Assembly (NCBI GenBank): GCA_973895155.1
Contig: OZ316898.1
Coordinates: 18,549,292-18,613,291 of the forward strand
Length of the DNA stretch: 64,000 bases
Direction of reading: 5' to 3'
DNA from: Marsupella aquatica
Taxonomy: Eukaryota; Plantae; Marchantiophyta
Under the pieces are notes generated by a model. The model had not been told where the DNA came from and made no database searches. It saw only the letters and a program-made list of their open reading frames with translations. This document shows, one piece after another, positions 35,822-50,400 of this stretch. Made by a program: the position numbers and the translations under genes. Positions within the stretch are counted from its first letter, which is position 1. Every line of letters begins with the position of its first letter.

Positions 35822-38800
35822 TGTCCATGTATCCATAGTCATGGTAGTGGTTTAAGTAGGTACAGGGGATAGGTTAGGGAATAGGTTAGGGGGTGGCATA
35901 TTTGGATACTTGAGCTTCTTGCTCAATCAGGGGTTCAATTCCCCTCTGCCACATACACTCATTTAGATTGTTAACTCAATTTCCTTTTGGTGCACCTCCC
36001 TTTCACATGAGACAAGCATAGGAGATTGCAAATATGAACAACTCATATTGTATATTGCTGAAGCTCCTACTAGAATTGAGATTCTTAGTGGAAGCATCAA
36101 CACTATATACTATAAGTTTTTTATGATGAGACATCATGGATGCCAAAGGAGCATAGGAGGGCTTGACTAAGACTCGAATAATCTTGACAAACACTCAAAA
36201 AAGGTGCGCATTTGAAAGAACTTTTCTTTTCTTAGTAAGGTATGTTTAAATGAAGGCAAAACTTTACTTAACCTTTTTTAGGGGTCAAAATTTAAGGATT
36301 TGGAATTCTTCTAAGTATGATAGGGAGGGAGAAAAAAATATTTTACTTAATAAGTTAGGGTCACAAGGGACCAAAACGTCGAGGGTGGTATGGGGACCTC
36401 TATATACTGAGGCCCCCGAGGATTCAAAGTGAGGCAAACATGGTATCTCGCATATTACTCGCGGTTGGCCTTTAATCACTCCGCTAGGGTTCTGACACTT
36501 GATGTTGCCACACTTGTTTCTTGTACCAAAGGGTCCGGACATTTGGTTGTGGCACCTCAGAAACTTCAGTCCCCTCTTGTGCACTATTGTTGGGGGCGTC
36601 TTGCATTTCTGGCTTCCCTTTTTTTGGGCATATAGCTTGCAATCAACTTCCAATCTCTGCCCCGGGGTTCTCATATTCTTGAGGAAAATGCTTTAATTTG
36701 CTATTGGTGTTACATGTTGAAACATGCCCTTAAAGGTATGTTTTGGCTAGATATCAGTCAAATACAGTCCAAAGCTTAAACTGAGCAAAATTTTGTAAAT
36801 AGTCACATTGATGTTTTTGTATAGTGTATTCTTCTCTATAAAACACCAGAAGTTTGAAGAGAAAAATCACAAAGTACATTTAGGCCTGGAAAAATTAATA
36901 TGGCCACCCTCTTCTCCATGAAACACGAAGGTCTGGAAAACTTAAAATGGCCATCCCTGAATATGTGGAAGCAAGTAAAATACCTCTTTGGCTACGAGAA
37001 TCAGCAAGCCAGTGCTGCTACAATTCACACGTCGTCACTCTCCCAGGAGCAACTTTACGCCCACCGCCATGTAGGTCTTTCTTTGATCCTTCCGGAAAAG
37101 GACTGAGTAAATAGTAGCGGAATATTGTCTGATATTTGCCCGGTGGGTTGCCCGGTCACCCGATGGTACCCCGGCCACCTGCCCAAAAATTCAGAATTCA
37201 AATTTTTGGCCTCCACCAATGAGATTGTTTGGATTGTTTTTATCATTTTTCTCCCTCATTTTTATCATTTGATGATCTGGTTATTTCTGAGACATAGATC
37301 TAAAAAAGATCTGCATTTTGAGCTGTAGATTGGCTCATTTGATGAACGGACAAAAATAATCGGGCTCCTGATTGAAGAGCTACAGAAGGGCGCGCGTCAA
37401 CATGTTTTTAGCAGACAATCAAGATTGTGTTCCATTCTTTTTGAGTTTGTAAGCAGACAATCCCCCCAGAATTGGCGAGATTGCATATATTATAGTACTT
37501 GATGCCAAGTAGAAAATATCTCTAGCATGCAAAGGGAGACAGAGAAAAAACATTACTGGGTGTGAAAGATGTCAAACAAAAAATATGTCAAGAACAAAAT
37601 GTGTTGATAAAAAAGAAGTCGTGCATAAAACATGTTGAAAAAAGAAGAGATCAAAGAGAGGCCACAAAAACTACCCTCACAAAAAACAAAGAGAAAAATG
37701 AATAGCCTGGCCCCCTGTTAAGAAATCTAACTAACCAGAGAAAATCATTCCCCACCAAAAACAAATACTTAGAAAGTCTATTTGTGACCTTGGGGACAAT
37801 TTGGATATATTAAATATCCTCCTCGTATACTTTGGATAAAATTTATTGACACATCTTTCCTCTAAATGCAGAATAGAATTGTGATCTCATTCTCACTCTT
37901 GCGATCTTAAAATTTTATATTCTCTCCGCACTGATTTCCTTGACTTTGTATTATAAGTGACTTAGTATCTAGGATGTATTTTTGTTTCCCTTACCTTGTT
38001 TTTATACCATACATGTCTTTGTATCTCACACCTTTTTATTATCTCCAAGTGTGGTACCCCATTGCCAACACACATGCTTACCTCACTATCCACTTGACAT
38101 TTTTAATGCACTAACTTGTGCTCCCTCCTATTCCTTGGTACATGTCACTGACAACCTTCCCTATCCCATTGGACCCCATCCTCACATTCCTAGTACTTGC
38201 TCTGAACCACTTTTTTTTAATCCAATGACACTCAAAAGTAACATCCTCATCCCAAGGCATGCGAGTCATCCCCACATCCCTATACCACCATGACACTTTA
38301 TTTTTGTCATCTAATGGTCTACAAAAAATGTAAAATGATCCATTGGCAGGGAATCATTCCCGCCCATTGCACTTTTCATAAACGAACGAAAACCAAAAAG
38401 AGTGGCATTGAGTATTATAGTGTTAGATATTATTCTACTTTTGAACTAAAAACTTGATGTTTGTGGTTTTTCACTCTAACTCTATTGTTTTTGGTTCACT
38501 CTAAAAATGATATAAAATTCCTTTTTTTGCAAATTTTATATTGCACGAAGTCAGATGGCAATACTATATAACACACAGCTATGCCCCTTTTAATAGAAGG
38601 CGTATATTTAAACGTGTGCTCTGACGTTGGTCAAAGTGCAAACAGTTAATGTGCCTATATTTAAACATGTGCTCTGAGATTCGTCCAAGTGGAAACAGTT
38701 AATTGTGAATATATTAACAGACACGTTTAACCTCCTGCTGCCACGTCAGCTGATCCATCTCAATTGGAATACTTTTTGTTACAGTATGCTTATGTGTACA

Positions 38801-39278
38801 CGATACTGATTGTCACAGTATGTCTACAATCTGGAGTTCAACTTGCAGACACTCCCAAGTGGTGTGAATTCAACTTGCACCTCTATCCAACAAGCACCTC
38901 GTGGGTTCGGCAGAGGCCATGTGAATGTTTCAACCTTGCGGTTCAAAACTGAGCTGAGCTACTGTATGTAGGCTCTATCTTTTACACGTTCTTCACATGC
39001 AAGCTTTACCTGAATGTCAACCTCAGAGGAACTGAGCTGATCAGTCCTGCTCAACTTGCCTGATTCCACGGATATGAGGGTTTACATGAACTCTGAGTCG
39101 AGGGGAAAGTTTCTTCTGTCTGTGATACGCAAACAATATACATCTGAAATGCAGAAAGGGAGATTTTCTAAGACCGTAGAAGGAAGTGAGATGCGTAACA
39201 TCTCCAAAGTAGCATTGGCATACTAACTTCTTGGACCGACAAACGAAGAACGACATCCATCATCCTCATGTTTCAGAC

Positions 39279-41692
39279 ATGACGACAATCAGTGTAAATT
39301 CGAAGAATCGCCGAAGATGTAGCAAGGAGCCAATGAAGCATGGTCAAACGGTGAGGAGCCCAGGATTATGTTTGGCAACGCCCGATGGATCATGCCCTCT
39401 GATGGGCGGTAGCTTAGAAGGTTTAGAATCAGAGAGATCATCCGAGGAAATCAGTTTTTGGAATCCCAAAGTTGGCGATCGGTTGGCAGTATGGAATCAC
39501 GAGGTTGTGTTTAATGAGCGTCACAAAACCCCGACGCAGCTAGAACCTCTTCGCCGAGTTGGGGATCCCCTTGCTGACGGGTGCGTGGCAGCCCTTGGCA
39601 GCAAAACTGGAGCAGACGCCTTCTTGGTCCTTGAGCAGTACCTGTCCAGACCAATTTGTGAACAGGAAGCAGACGCGCCCAGGCAATTCCAAGACAGTGT
39701 GCTAAAAGTTCCAGATTGGGTTGATTGGACGATCATCAAGCAGGGCCAACAGCTGTACTGGTAAGTACGGCTTCTTTCCAGTTCATGATGTTAATCATTG
39801 TTTTCAGTAGTCGTTGCAAATTCCTAAATGAATGCGCTATCGATCTGTACGTGCAAACTCGATCATGGATCAATCGAATATCTGCGAATTCAACCTGTAT
39901 AAGCTGAGTAAATATGTAGATGGATATATAAAGAACCTGCAATATTTGCACGTGATAGGTGCTTATAATGTGATGTATTATAATGGAAATTCACTGGTAT
40001 CAATTTGACTCGCTAGAGGCACATATCAGACCTGAAGGGAAGAATCACATCTATTAGAACAAAGCCAGCTGATTCGTTGAGCATCATCGTTAAACCACAG
40101 ACCCAGTCTACCGACCGCTACATGCAGTTTCTCAAACTGTATACAAGTCCTCCACGAATGAGTCCATCGTCTGCCTTTATGTCTGTGAGGGCCTAGTTGC
40201 TTGTAGACGTCTCTTCTTCATGTTGTTTCATCAGCCCAGAAATTTTTTACTTGAGGTAACTAATGGAGGTAGAGAAAGAGAATGATGTCCATAGTAGATA
40301 GGTCACGTTAAGACCTGCACTGATGATGAGAAACTTCAAGCACCAGCTTGTGGTTCTCGATCAATTATAGAATTGTCTCTGTTAATTTATCTCCAAAAGA
40401 GTGTGAAACAGGTTTCAGTCGGTCCACGGAACTCATTCTGAAAGCCCAAAATGAATTGAGATTCGTAGCAGGGTACGTGCGTAGAACAAAGCCTATAGCT
40501 GTCATGACCAAAATCGCCAGAAATAGGGGCGAGTTTGAGGCTAGGGTAAACAGCTTAAAGGTCGGTGAACCGAATTAAAACTGATTGGGACTCGGTTGTA
40601 GCTAGTAATTATCGATTCATGAATGATATAACAATTAGTGGATACGCAGTGAACTGTCCAGAGATAAATACAGATCGAGAGTTCAATCATCTGAAAGTCT
40701 ACAATAGAATGAATTCCTGGAGAACAGGAGGGGGAGTAACAGCCCTTTGTTATATCAGGCAGTGATTTGGAATGCTTTCTTGATGGCCGCATCTTGACAG
40801 GGGTCACATGCTTGTTTCTTTCAGGAAGTATGCGAACCCCATCCAATACGTTCTCTTCCATGCCTCTCTGGTTGGTGGATTTGGTGCTCCACGAATAGCT
40901 CGAACGCTCCAATGCACCAACTATCTATCAAGCTCTCCTGATCGCTCTTACCAGCGCCTCATGGAGACATGTCTCATGGTCTACGACTGCATGAATGGCG
41001 GAATTCAGACTCTTCAGCCACGGACTGGAAAGGGGTGGAAGTCGATCGTGCGTGTGCGCCTGCTGCACACTCAAGTTCGTCTCCGTATTCTCAGCGTTGC
41101 AGAATCTCATCCTGATTACTATTCTGTTGAAGACGATGGAGTCCCTATAAACCAGGAAGATTTAGTCGGCACTCTTTGTGCCTTTTCGATTGCTGTCATC
41201 GGTGCCTTGGAGAAGATCGGCATCCATCTGTCCACCAAAGAGGTGTTTGCGTACCTCCACCTATGGCGTCTGGTTGGGCATTACATGGGAATCCTTCCGG
41301 AAAACAATCCACTCACCTCTTGCGAAGATGCTCGTGCTTCGTTCGAGTCCGTCGTCCGCCACCTACTTACTCATCCTGATAACACATCAGCAAACTTGGC
41401 AAATTGCCTTCTTCGAGCTGTGGCTGCGAAGCCACCTGTGAGGCAATCCTTTGCATTTCATTCCGCGAGTGTTCGTGCCCTGCTGGGTGAGGATCTCAGT
41501 AATGCTCTCCAGATTGACGCTTCCGGGTTGTACAATAGGATCATGATTAAGTTCTTGTTCGCCTTCTTCAGGTTGCCTCCCACACCGTGGTGGACGCAAG
41601 TTGTCCAGGCATGGCATACTTGGTTTCTTAAGGACACAGCTACCAGGATTGACTTGAATTTCAGCATGAAAGTGGTACCCCATTATGTCTGA
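39279..41692 (+). CDS. MpaB/Lcp (rubber oxygenase catalytic domain, DUF2236) heme oxygenase, copy 2; exons 39279-39760 and 40825-41692, 449 aa
   Basis: GT-AG intron joins ..QQLYW/KYANP in frame; LRRVGDPLAD, VPDWVDW, RLMET, RVRLLHTQVR, GVPINQEDL, YLHLWRLVGHYMGI. Confidence 0.9.
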
Positions 41693-44600
41693 GGAGGATG
41701 TTTATATGTAATGTTTAGGGTACATATTGACGGGGGTATTATTGAATCTCCAATTTGTTTATAATGAAATCATTATTATATTTATCGCATTGAACGTCAT
41801 CAAGGGGGCATTAATTCGAATGGGGAATCCTAATTGGAAATCTATGATCCATGCAATTGATCAAATCTACTATTGACAGGTTTAAGACCAATTTCAGCCT
41901 TGACGCAATGAACCTCAATCTCCTTGTTGTACGCTTTATCTAATATATCGTTTTGTGGTTTTAACTTTACGACTAGCTTCCATTCGTTCCCGTTGAATTA
42001 TTCGCTCCCGTTGAATTCCAGTAGATCCTTAGTGGAAATTTGTCTAATGTGTGGACAATCGAATCTCTGTGTTTCCTCACACCTCCAGTGTCTGAACTTC
42101 CTATCCGTTTGATCAGTGTTGCTGCTCCCTCAACGGGTGAGAGTGCTAATATTTCTGTCTGTGCAGTGCTATCTGGACCGCATCTGAGCTATCTCCGACA
42201 GTCCTCAAATTATTTTTGACTCGGAGTCCAGCCCTGAATATAAGTCGTACTTGCACATCAGTGTCACTTATTCGAGAGTACATAGTGCGTTAGTTAGTGT
42301 CGAAAGTCAATGTCTTCATATTAAATGACTTGGAAACTTAAGAACCTGGCAAGGTATTCCAAATACAGTATCTAATGACGTAGACTCGTATTTCAAAAAA
42401 AAGTTGTTGATTGTTTCCGAAGCGACTTAATTCATAAGTGAATGAAATTAAACATTGCTTGAAACGGTGCTGGAATACTGTCATTGGAGTGACATAATTG
42501 AACTTAATTTAACACCAGTTGACCAGCTCGGTTGGGTCAACTGGTGCACAACACTTACATAGGTGCACGTTTTCCGCCATCAGCTTTTAATTTTGAATTG
42601 ATAGCAACCGTGGATAGTCCTTGTGAGAGGCTGTCAGCTTTCCAATGAACCATGTGCGACCGACTTAGCAGAATTGCAGAAAGAGTACATATATTACCCG
42701 CGATGGAAGAGGATTTGCCGCTCAGCTGTCATTACAGTTAGTTTGGGATCAAGGGAATGACAAATGGTCACGGAGGGTTCAATCAGTAGTGCTTACTTAC
42801 GCATACATAAGGCCTTTCCAATTACTTGCAGCAGGCACGTGAGGGTTTACTGCTTGTCAAAGGGTTCATGTAACTGTTTGTGCTACTTACTTAAGTTCTC
42901 TTCAGAGCACCGTCCTCACGCCCAATTGGGATCAGAGCACTCTCTGGTCAATCGTTCGTGTTTATTGCCCAGGTAAACAGCTAGTGACTGTAGCTACTGC
43001 ATGTATTTATACAGTAGAGTTAGAATTTTTTCTCGCTCAATAGAATGGCTCCATAGCAATTGTCAACCAGCATATATTGCAGCAGTGTGAACATCAGAGA
43101 ACATTAGACAGCGGCATGCCGTCTGGGAAAACGTCTCATCTCCTTTAATGAGCACCGATCCTGTACAGTCAAGTCAAGAAAATATATGCAATCGAAGACC
43201 GTACCTCTTTGATCGCATTCTGTCCCTGGGCAATAGGCCAATATTCTAGGTGAAAGTCTTATCATTGCTGAACTTTTGAACATGACAGTATACAGAGCAT
43301 AATGCCGAAAACACAAAGCTCCAAATGAGGAGACAAGGTTCTCACTGATTGGGCCTCATGGATTAAGCCTCGATCACATTCCCAAAATTTGTGCGAATTG
43401 ATAATTTCTTGATCTATGAATTCCAGTATTTTTATAGTTTTGGGGATGTGCCGAGGGATGTGCTAGAGGAGAAGGTAAGCTACACTTCCATGAAAGTGAC
43501 AGTGAATGTTTGGCCATTTTTCTTGAGTTTTTCATCACAAATATATTGCTGAGGGGTGGTTCCAATCGATTAATTTTCGTTGCGATAAAATCAGATATTT
43601 GGGTTTGTTTGTTTTTACAGCTCCTCCTCTAGTTGCCTTGCAGGTGCATGACTAAAATTTAGTTCTGGCCTCGTAATCATCAAGCTAGTTATAAACCACT
43701 TCATGGGAGCACTTTGTCCATGATCAGGGTGGTCCATCCTGGCTTCATTGTCGGTTATCACAGATTCTGAATGACTGGGTGAATGATACATGTATCCCAA
43801 GAGGTCTAGTTGTTGGTCTAGTTGATCGAACCTCATTGGAAGCTGTTCCAAAATCCCTCGAAGCACATGCAACCACGTTAGTTCTAAGCACATAGAAATC
43901 ACTCTGGCTCAAAATGAGTCTGCTGATTGCTCCTTGTCTAATACATCCTCTTCAAGTGCATCAAACAGAACCTTACAAGAGTGGGCCCATAAGCTGTGAA
44001 TGGTGAAAGTTTGAGAGAATCAAGAGTGGTGAAAGACATTCAAAGTGTATTTTGGCTCTATTAAGCTCTCTTTATTATATAGGAGACTGAAATGACTCCA
44101 GCAATCATTCCATCCAAACCCTGGAATTTTCTTGAAGTGATCCCTCTCCTTTCGGATCACTATCGGGGGTGTTGCGAAGCTACGGACCATTTATTGATTG
44201 AAGGACCAGTTGTGTATTATTTTAGGGAAAGATTTAATTTGGATTTCTTACCAGGCAAGTTATAGCTCAGCCGACAGATAATTTTTGAAATCAGAATATT
44301 TTCGCCTTGTGGTCTCATAGTTGTCCAGCTCTTGACTGGGATATTCCTTGGCGAACGGGGCTTCTATTGGGTAACCATACAGACCGACTTCCCGATCGAC
44401 TGAGGATGTTTGCCGTAAGTTCTAATCCAAAAGTGAATGCCAGCAGTTGCAACGTACACCAACCCTTCACGTTGCATTTGCGAGAATGTCATGATTACTC
44501 GCAATGTGATAGGTGATCCTAAGTGGAAACGAATCGATCACCGACAATTCGATCCATCTAGGTAGGGGCACAAGCTAGCTGACAAGGTTCTACAAGATCA

Positions 44601-45809
44601 ACTTTATATGGACTACAGTATATTACATAAGATTTACTCGAGCTCTAGATTAAGCTAAACAAAATTAAAGCTTGTTTAAATCCAGTTGAAGAACGGCTGG
44701 TTGGTAAACTGCCTTGATCGAATAGATACATCGAACCCTTTATAAACTAAATCTCATGCACACATGTTGTCCATATCGACGGTTTCAGCTGAGAGTGCTT
44801 GAGCGGCCACACGGCTCTCCCATTAAGTCATCTTTCTCGTTGGGTATAGAGTGAAGCTTTTGGATACAAACCACTGTACGTACCAAGCAATCCGAGTGCA
44901 AACATCGTTGAACTTCGGGATGGCACATCATTGCACTTCGAGATGGAACATCGTTTACGTTGAACTTCGTCTTGGTCACTTCTTTGATGATCAGGAATTC
45001 ATTGAATAGGATATTTTTGAATGGTCGTGTAGGAAGTCAACAGAAAATTGATCTGGAAGGGAGGTGTGAGTCTGTAAAAACATATGATGATGGTTTTTTT
45101 TTTGGTTTTTATGAGCAACAAGCCCTATGCCAGTGCTTTGCAGTGTGCAAGGAGGGCAGGTCCATAGCGATTGGCCAGGGGCAGCGGGAAGCAAATACGT
45201 GATAGGGGTATATATTTCTCTCATCAATGGTGAGCAAAAATAGCTAATCAAATCCAACGGCTGTGGATCTTTCCCGCCCATAAGCTTTTTGGTATGGTGA
45301 CGAACGACAAAAAAAGGCGGGATCCCTTATTATAGTTGTAGATTAGGCCTAGCTTGGACTCATCCTTTAAGGCTTCTTGTTTCCTGTCAATGATGTTGGT
45401 CCTGGAGGGTTCGAGCATGGGAGGGGAGGTGAGTGCAAGGCACATAAGCAAAGGCAACAGGGCATTGAAGGGTCAAGGAATAAGTCCACGCTTGATCTTG
45501 TGGTGCTACGGCTTGATCTTGTGGTGCTACGGTGAAGGATAATTGCTTTCTTTGTTTCCCCTCCCCCATTTTATCTTGAATTCCCTCCTCCACCCCCTAT
45601 TGCTCCCTTTCTCCCATGCTTTGGTGACACCACCCTCTTATTGTAATCTTTGTGTAGCCTCAAGGGGGCGTGTCATGGAGGGAGGAGGCACGGATGGCAA
45701 GCTAACTAAGACGTAAAGGTGTAGTCGCGGAACTCAACTACCTTAACACTTAGCTCCGGCGTCAATGACTCCGACACTGTCCGGGTGACCGTGTTTTCTG
45801 GTAAGAGCA

Positions 45810-47175
45810 TGTTGGCTCTTATGAAGTCAACCTTGCATGCCCATAAGTTCTACACTAAAACCAAAATGATAACTCTTGTAAGAAGGGTGGTGGGTATTAA
45901 GAAAGGTTCAGGTGAAGCTAATATACTATTAAATCATACTTCACCATACTTGCAGATCAACACATCTCGAAAACTAATTTTTCTACGACATACAATCCTA
46001 ATATCTCCAAGAGAAAATGAGATAGGAATGTCATCTGGACTCCTATTTAGATCCATGATTTCAATAAATGACAAAGATAATGCACTCCCACTCCTCTCGA
46101 TAAGACACTACTGGGTATACTATTGGCTCATTAGAACTCATAACAGCAGCTGCAAATTGAGCTCCAAAGTGATAAGTTAAATGTTGCCTCATGGATGGCT
46201 TGTCTAAAAGATGGACTCTAACCAAAAATGGGTTACGAAGGGGAAGATTAGGGATATCTCTCCCTCCTGGATTCATAATGACTCTCTTGTTCCTTTACTA
46301 TCCGGGCCAAAGGATGCCCCACCCCTAAGTTCCCAAAGAGATCTTGTTCCCTAAGGTCCCATCTATAAGTCTACCACTCATTCCTTTGCTATCCGGACCA
46401 AAGGATGCCCCACTACTATGTACATAAGGCAAAGAATAGAAGAAAAAGATGAGAGAAGAAAAGAGGATCGCTTCGACGCGGAAATTATCAAAATGTGGGA
46501 ATGAGGAGAGAGTGCCCCTCACCACTTTATTTATATTGAATCCAAGAGGGCATGGATTACGCCCAAACGCTTGGATGAAAGCCAAGTGGCACACATCCAA
46601 CGTAGGAATGTGTGCTAGTACTATTGCAATCAAAACAAATTACACATGCAAGTAAAATGACTAACACATGCACCTAAAACAATTTGTGCATGCATGCACC
46701 TTGTGGCTTGCATATTTGCTCACCTTGCATGCGCATAAAACAACTAATGCATGCGCATAAAACAACTAATGCATGCGCATAAAACAACTAATGCATGCAA
46801 ATAAAACAATTTGTGCATGCACCTTGTGGCTTGCACATTTGCTCATTTTGCATGCGCATAAACAACTAATGCATACGCATAAAACAACTAATGCATGCAA
46901 ATAAAATAATTTTCATGCATCTAAAACAATTTGTGCATGCACCTTGTGGCTTGCACATTTGTTCACCTTGCATGCACGTAAAACAAAGTCTAATGCATGC
47001 AAATAAAACAACTTGTGCATGCATCTTGTGGTTTGCATAGTTGCTTACCTTGCATGCACATAAGTAATAGTCAAACTATTTAGTTATCCCGTAACAAAAT
47101 ATAAACCTAACCTATATACTAAATAATATACTTAGTGATAATTATTTCATCATGAATAATTGAATTATCATGACA
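45810..47175 (-). repeat. Putative 3' LTR of the Gypsy element, containing TGCATGCGCATAAAACAACTAA tandem repeats (46670-47060)
   Basis: Minus-strand PPT-like GGTAGGGGTGATA (47188-47176) followed by TGTCA; distal end ..CCAACA at 45810 is tentative. Confidence 0.55.
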
Positions 47176-47494
47176 TATCACCCCTACCAAACCTGTGCAA
47201 CCTCCGGATGCACCACACCTATAGATCACGATAATCTTCATCCTCATCCAAAGCTTCAAAGTCATCTGGTTCAAACTCTTCCTCTTCTGTCATAAAGTGA
47301 GTTCGCCGCTTGAACAATTTCACTCACTTTCCTGCATAGGGAGTGCGATGGATTGCTCCATCCAGTTCTCTAACCAAGTAGGTTGCATTAGGATTGACTT
47401 TTTCAACAACAAACGGTCCTCTCCAATGACGTGCAAACTTCTTTAAGGTAGAATGTTGTTGCTCAAGACCTCCTTCATAGATCAACACCCAATC

Positions 47495-50400
47495 TCAACT
47501 CTGGATTGGAATTGGCCTCAAACGATGAGTCTTATCAAATCGCTCCTTATTCTTCTCACGAGCCTTCTTTAGCCTTAGTAAAGCCTCCTCAATTTTCTCC
47601 TTGGTCTGGCTAAAGTGCTCAATCCTTTGTTCCAATAATTTCTCTCGAGTGATGTCATCTTCCCAATCAATTGTTCTCCAGCTTTGAACATTCTCTTCAA
47701 TCTGCATCAAAGATAAATGTCCACAGACCAATTCGGCAGGTGCAAATCCTGTTGTTGAAGTGCATGTCATCCGATCTGCTAAAAGAGCAAACGGTAGAAG
47801 GTTTGGCCACATTGATGCTTTTCCTTGGCAAGACTTTACCAAGGCATTTACAATTGATGGGTGTCCTCGCTCAATCTTCCCATTGCCTTCCGGGTTGTAG
47901 GCAGTAGTAAGTTTGAGCTTGATGTTGAATCGATCAAAAAAATCTGCAGCCTCATCCGAATTGAGTTCTCCTCTATCTGCTCTCATTTGCACAAAATAAC
48001 CATGACGTGCAATGATATCTTCAAGTACAAACCTGCATACTGCTTCAGTAATATTAGAGGTCAAAGCCCTTCCTTCCACATAAGAAGATAAATCTTCTCT
48101 TGCAAAGACAAGGTACTTTGCACCTCTAACTCCCAATGGCATGTGCACCACATCTATTGCCCACTGAAAATGTAATGATAAAGGACTAGTAGGATTAAGC
48201 CCATCTCTAAATCGAACTTTAGAGTAGTATTGGCAAGTCTCACAAGACCCAACATATGATTTCACATCCACATACATGCCTGACCACCAATACCATCTCT
48301 GAATCCGCTCATAAGTAGCTCTAACTCCTCGATGTCTTGCTTCAACTGTATCATGAGAGTCCCACAAGACCTTTTTTTTCTTCTCTTCAGTATCAAGGAC
48401 TCTACATGGAACATGTCCTTTCTTCAAAGATCTTCTCCATAAGACACCATCCTTCAGCATGAACTTGTAAGCCTTCTTCCGTAATCGCTGAAACTCATCA
48501 TCTATCAATTCAAAAGACCTTTGAAGAGTACTAAGGTACCTTCCAATCAAAAGCAACTGTCCAGAATATAGCTCCTCCTGCAACTGTAAAACCTCAAATT
48601 CTCCACTCATAACTTGAACTGCTTCTATCTCAGTATGATCATATCGAGCTCTTGACAGCATATCAGCTACAGGGTTATCTTTTCCAGCAATGTGCCGAAG
48701 CTCAGGATTGATCATTCTGATAAAAGCTATCCAACGTAGCATAGCAATATCTGGAGTATCACAATTAGCAATCATCCATAAAAGTGGTAAACAATCTGTC
48801 TCAAGAATTACTTGTGCTCCAATCAAGTAGACCTTTTCTTGACACAAAGCTGTTCTTGCACCCCATAATTCTCGTTTGATTTGAGGATAATGTATTTGTC
48901 TTGCTGAGAAGACCTTAGCCCCAAACCTTGATGCAAATCTCCTTCCCTCTTCATCATCTTGTCCTACTGCCCATCCAGCAGCATCAGGACTTGAATCGAC
49001 AGTAACAATGATTGGCCTCCCATCATAGCATAAGGGACGTAGAACAAGGGGGCTAAGTAATGCCTCCTTTAATCTTTGCATAGCCTCTTTGTGTGCCTCA
49101 GTCCAAACAAATTGCACATTCTTCCTTAGTAATCCATACAAAGGATCAGCAATATGTGCAAAGTGTGGAATCCAAACCCTGTAAAACAAGCAAGCACCAA
49201 GAAATCTTCGCACCTCTGAAGATGTTCTACAATCTTTCATCTGATTGATTGCATCCACCTTTCCTTCATTTGGCCTCCTCCCTTCAACTCCACAAATCTG
49301 TCCCACAATCAAGACTTCACGGAGTCCAAATGAAGATTTTTCTCCAGAAAGAGTGAGCCCAACCTCAATCAGTCTCTTCAAGATCGCCTTCACATCCTGA
49401 ATGTGCTCCCATACAAACTGTCGCAACCCATCTTCTCGTACAGTCTCATCCTTCTTTGTCTCCAAGCACCCCTTGATTGGCATATCATCAAAGAATGGTT
49501 GAGTCTTCTCTGGAATAAAATGATGTAGTACCTTATTCATGGCATTCTACATGTGTGCCACTGAATTGGTTGCTCCTTGAGGCAAAGTACACATGCGAAG
49601 TAGCCCCAAAGGTGTCCTCATTGTAGTGATATCCCTGCTACTTTGAGCCAACTGAAACTGATCATAGCCTGAATAGAGGTCACCACATGAATAGATGGCT
49701 CTACCGGCAAACTCTTCTGCAAACTCATCAACTATAGGTCCTATTCCAGTGTTGCGAATAGTAACCTTGTTGGGGGGTTGCATATCCTGAATAAATCTAA
49801 GTTTACCATTTTTCTTGCGAATGGTAAACCAACAATTAGAATAAGGTGCATTTGCTCTTTCCAAGATCATAGTAGAAAGTTTCTCCTTCAATAGATCAAT
49901 AAGTTTAGGCAACAAACCCTTTGGCACCGGAATAGGTTTCAAGTCCCAAGGAATATGAGGGACAGTGAAAATCACCATAGGAGTAACAACACTAGGATCC
50001 ACACATCTCATCTCTTTAGGATAAAAGGCAAAAGCCTTACCATGTCCACCAATCATTTGTCGAAACTTCTCTCTTTCTCTCCTTGTCAACAGCCCATCAT
50101 CGCCAATCCTTAGTTGATTAAGGGTCTCCTCTGTGAATTTATGGCCAATCTTAGTCCGATCTCTAAGACTGGTCTCCTTCCTTGCCTTCTCTAGAACCTC
50201 CTTAGCATCCAAAGGCAAAGGAAGTGCCGCTGGTCTCACTTTCTTGTCCACCATTTTGTACTTGGTGTTGACCTCAACAAATTGAGATAACTCACCATAC
50301 AACTCATGACTGATTTCCATAAAAGTTCTCCCCTCTGAAAGACTTTCAATTACTTCTTCCAAAGAGACTACCACTCCTTCTTCATCTAGAAGGCCTTCAA

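Noticed and set aside
40808-40824. ORF-track starts MLVSFR at 40808 and 61184
   Set aside because: These are intron 3' ends (TTTCTTTCAG); the true exons start at 40825 and 61201.
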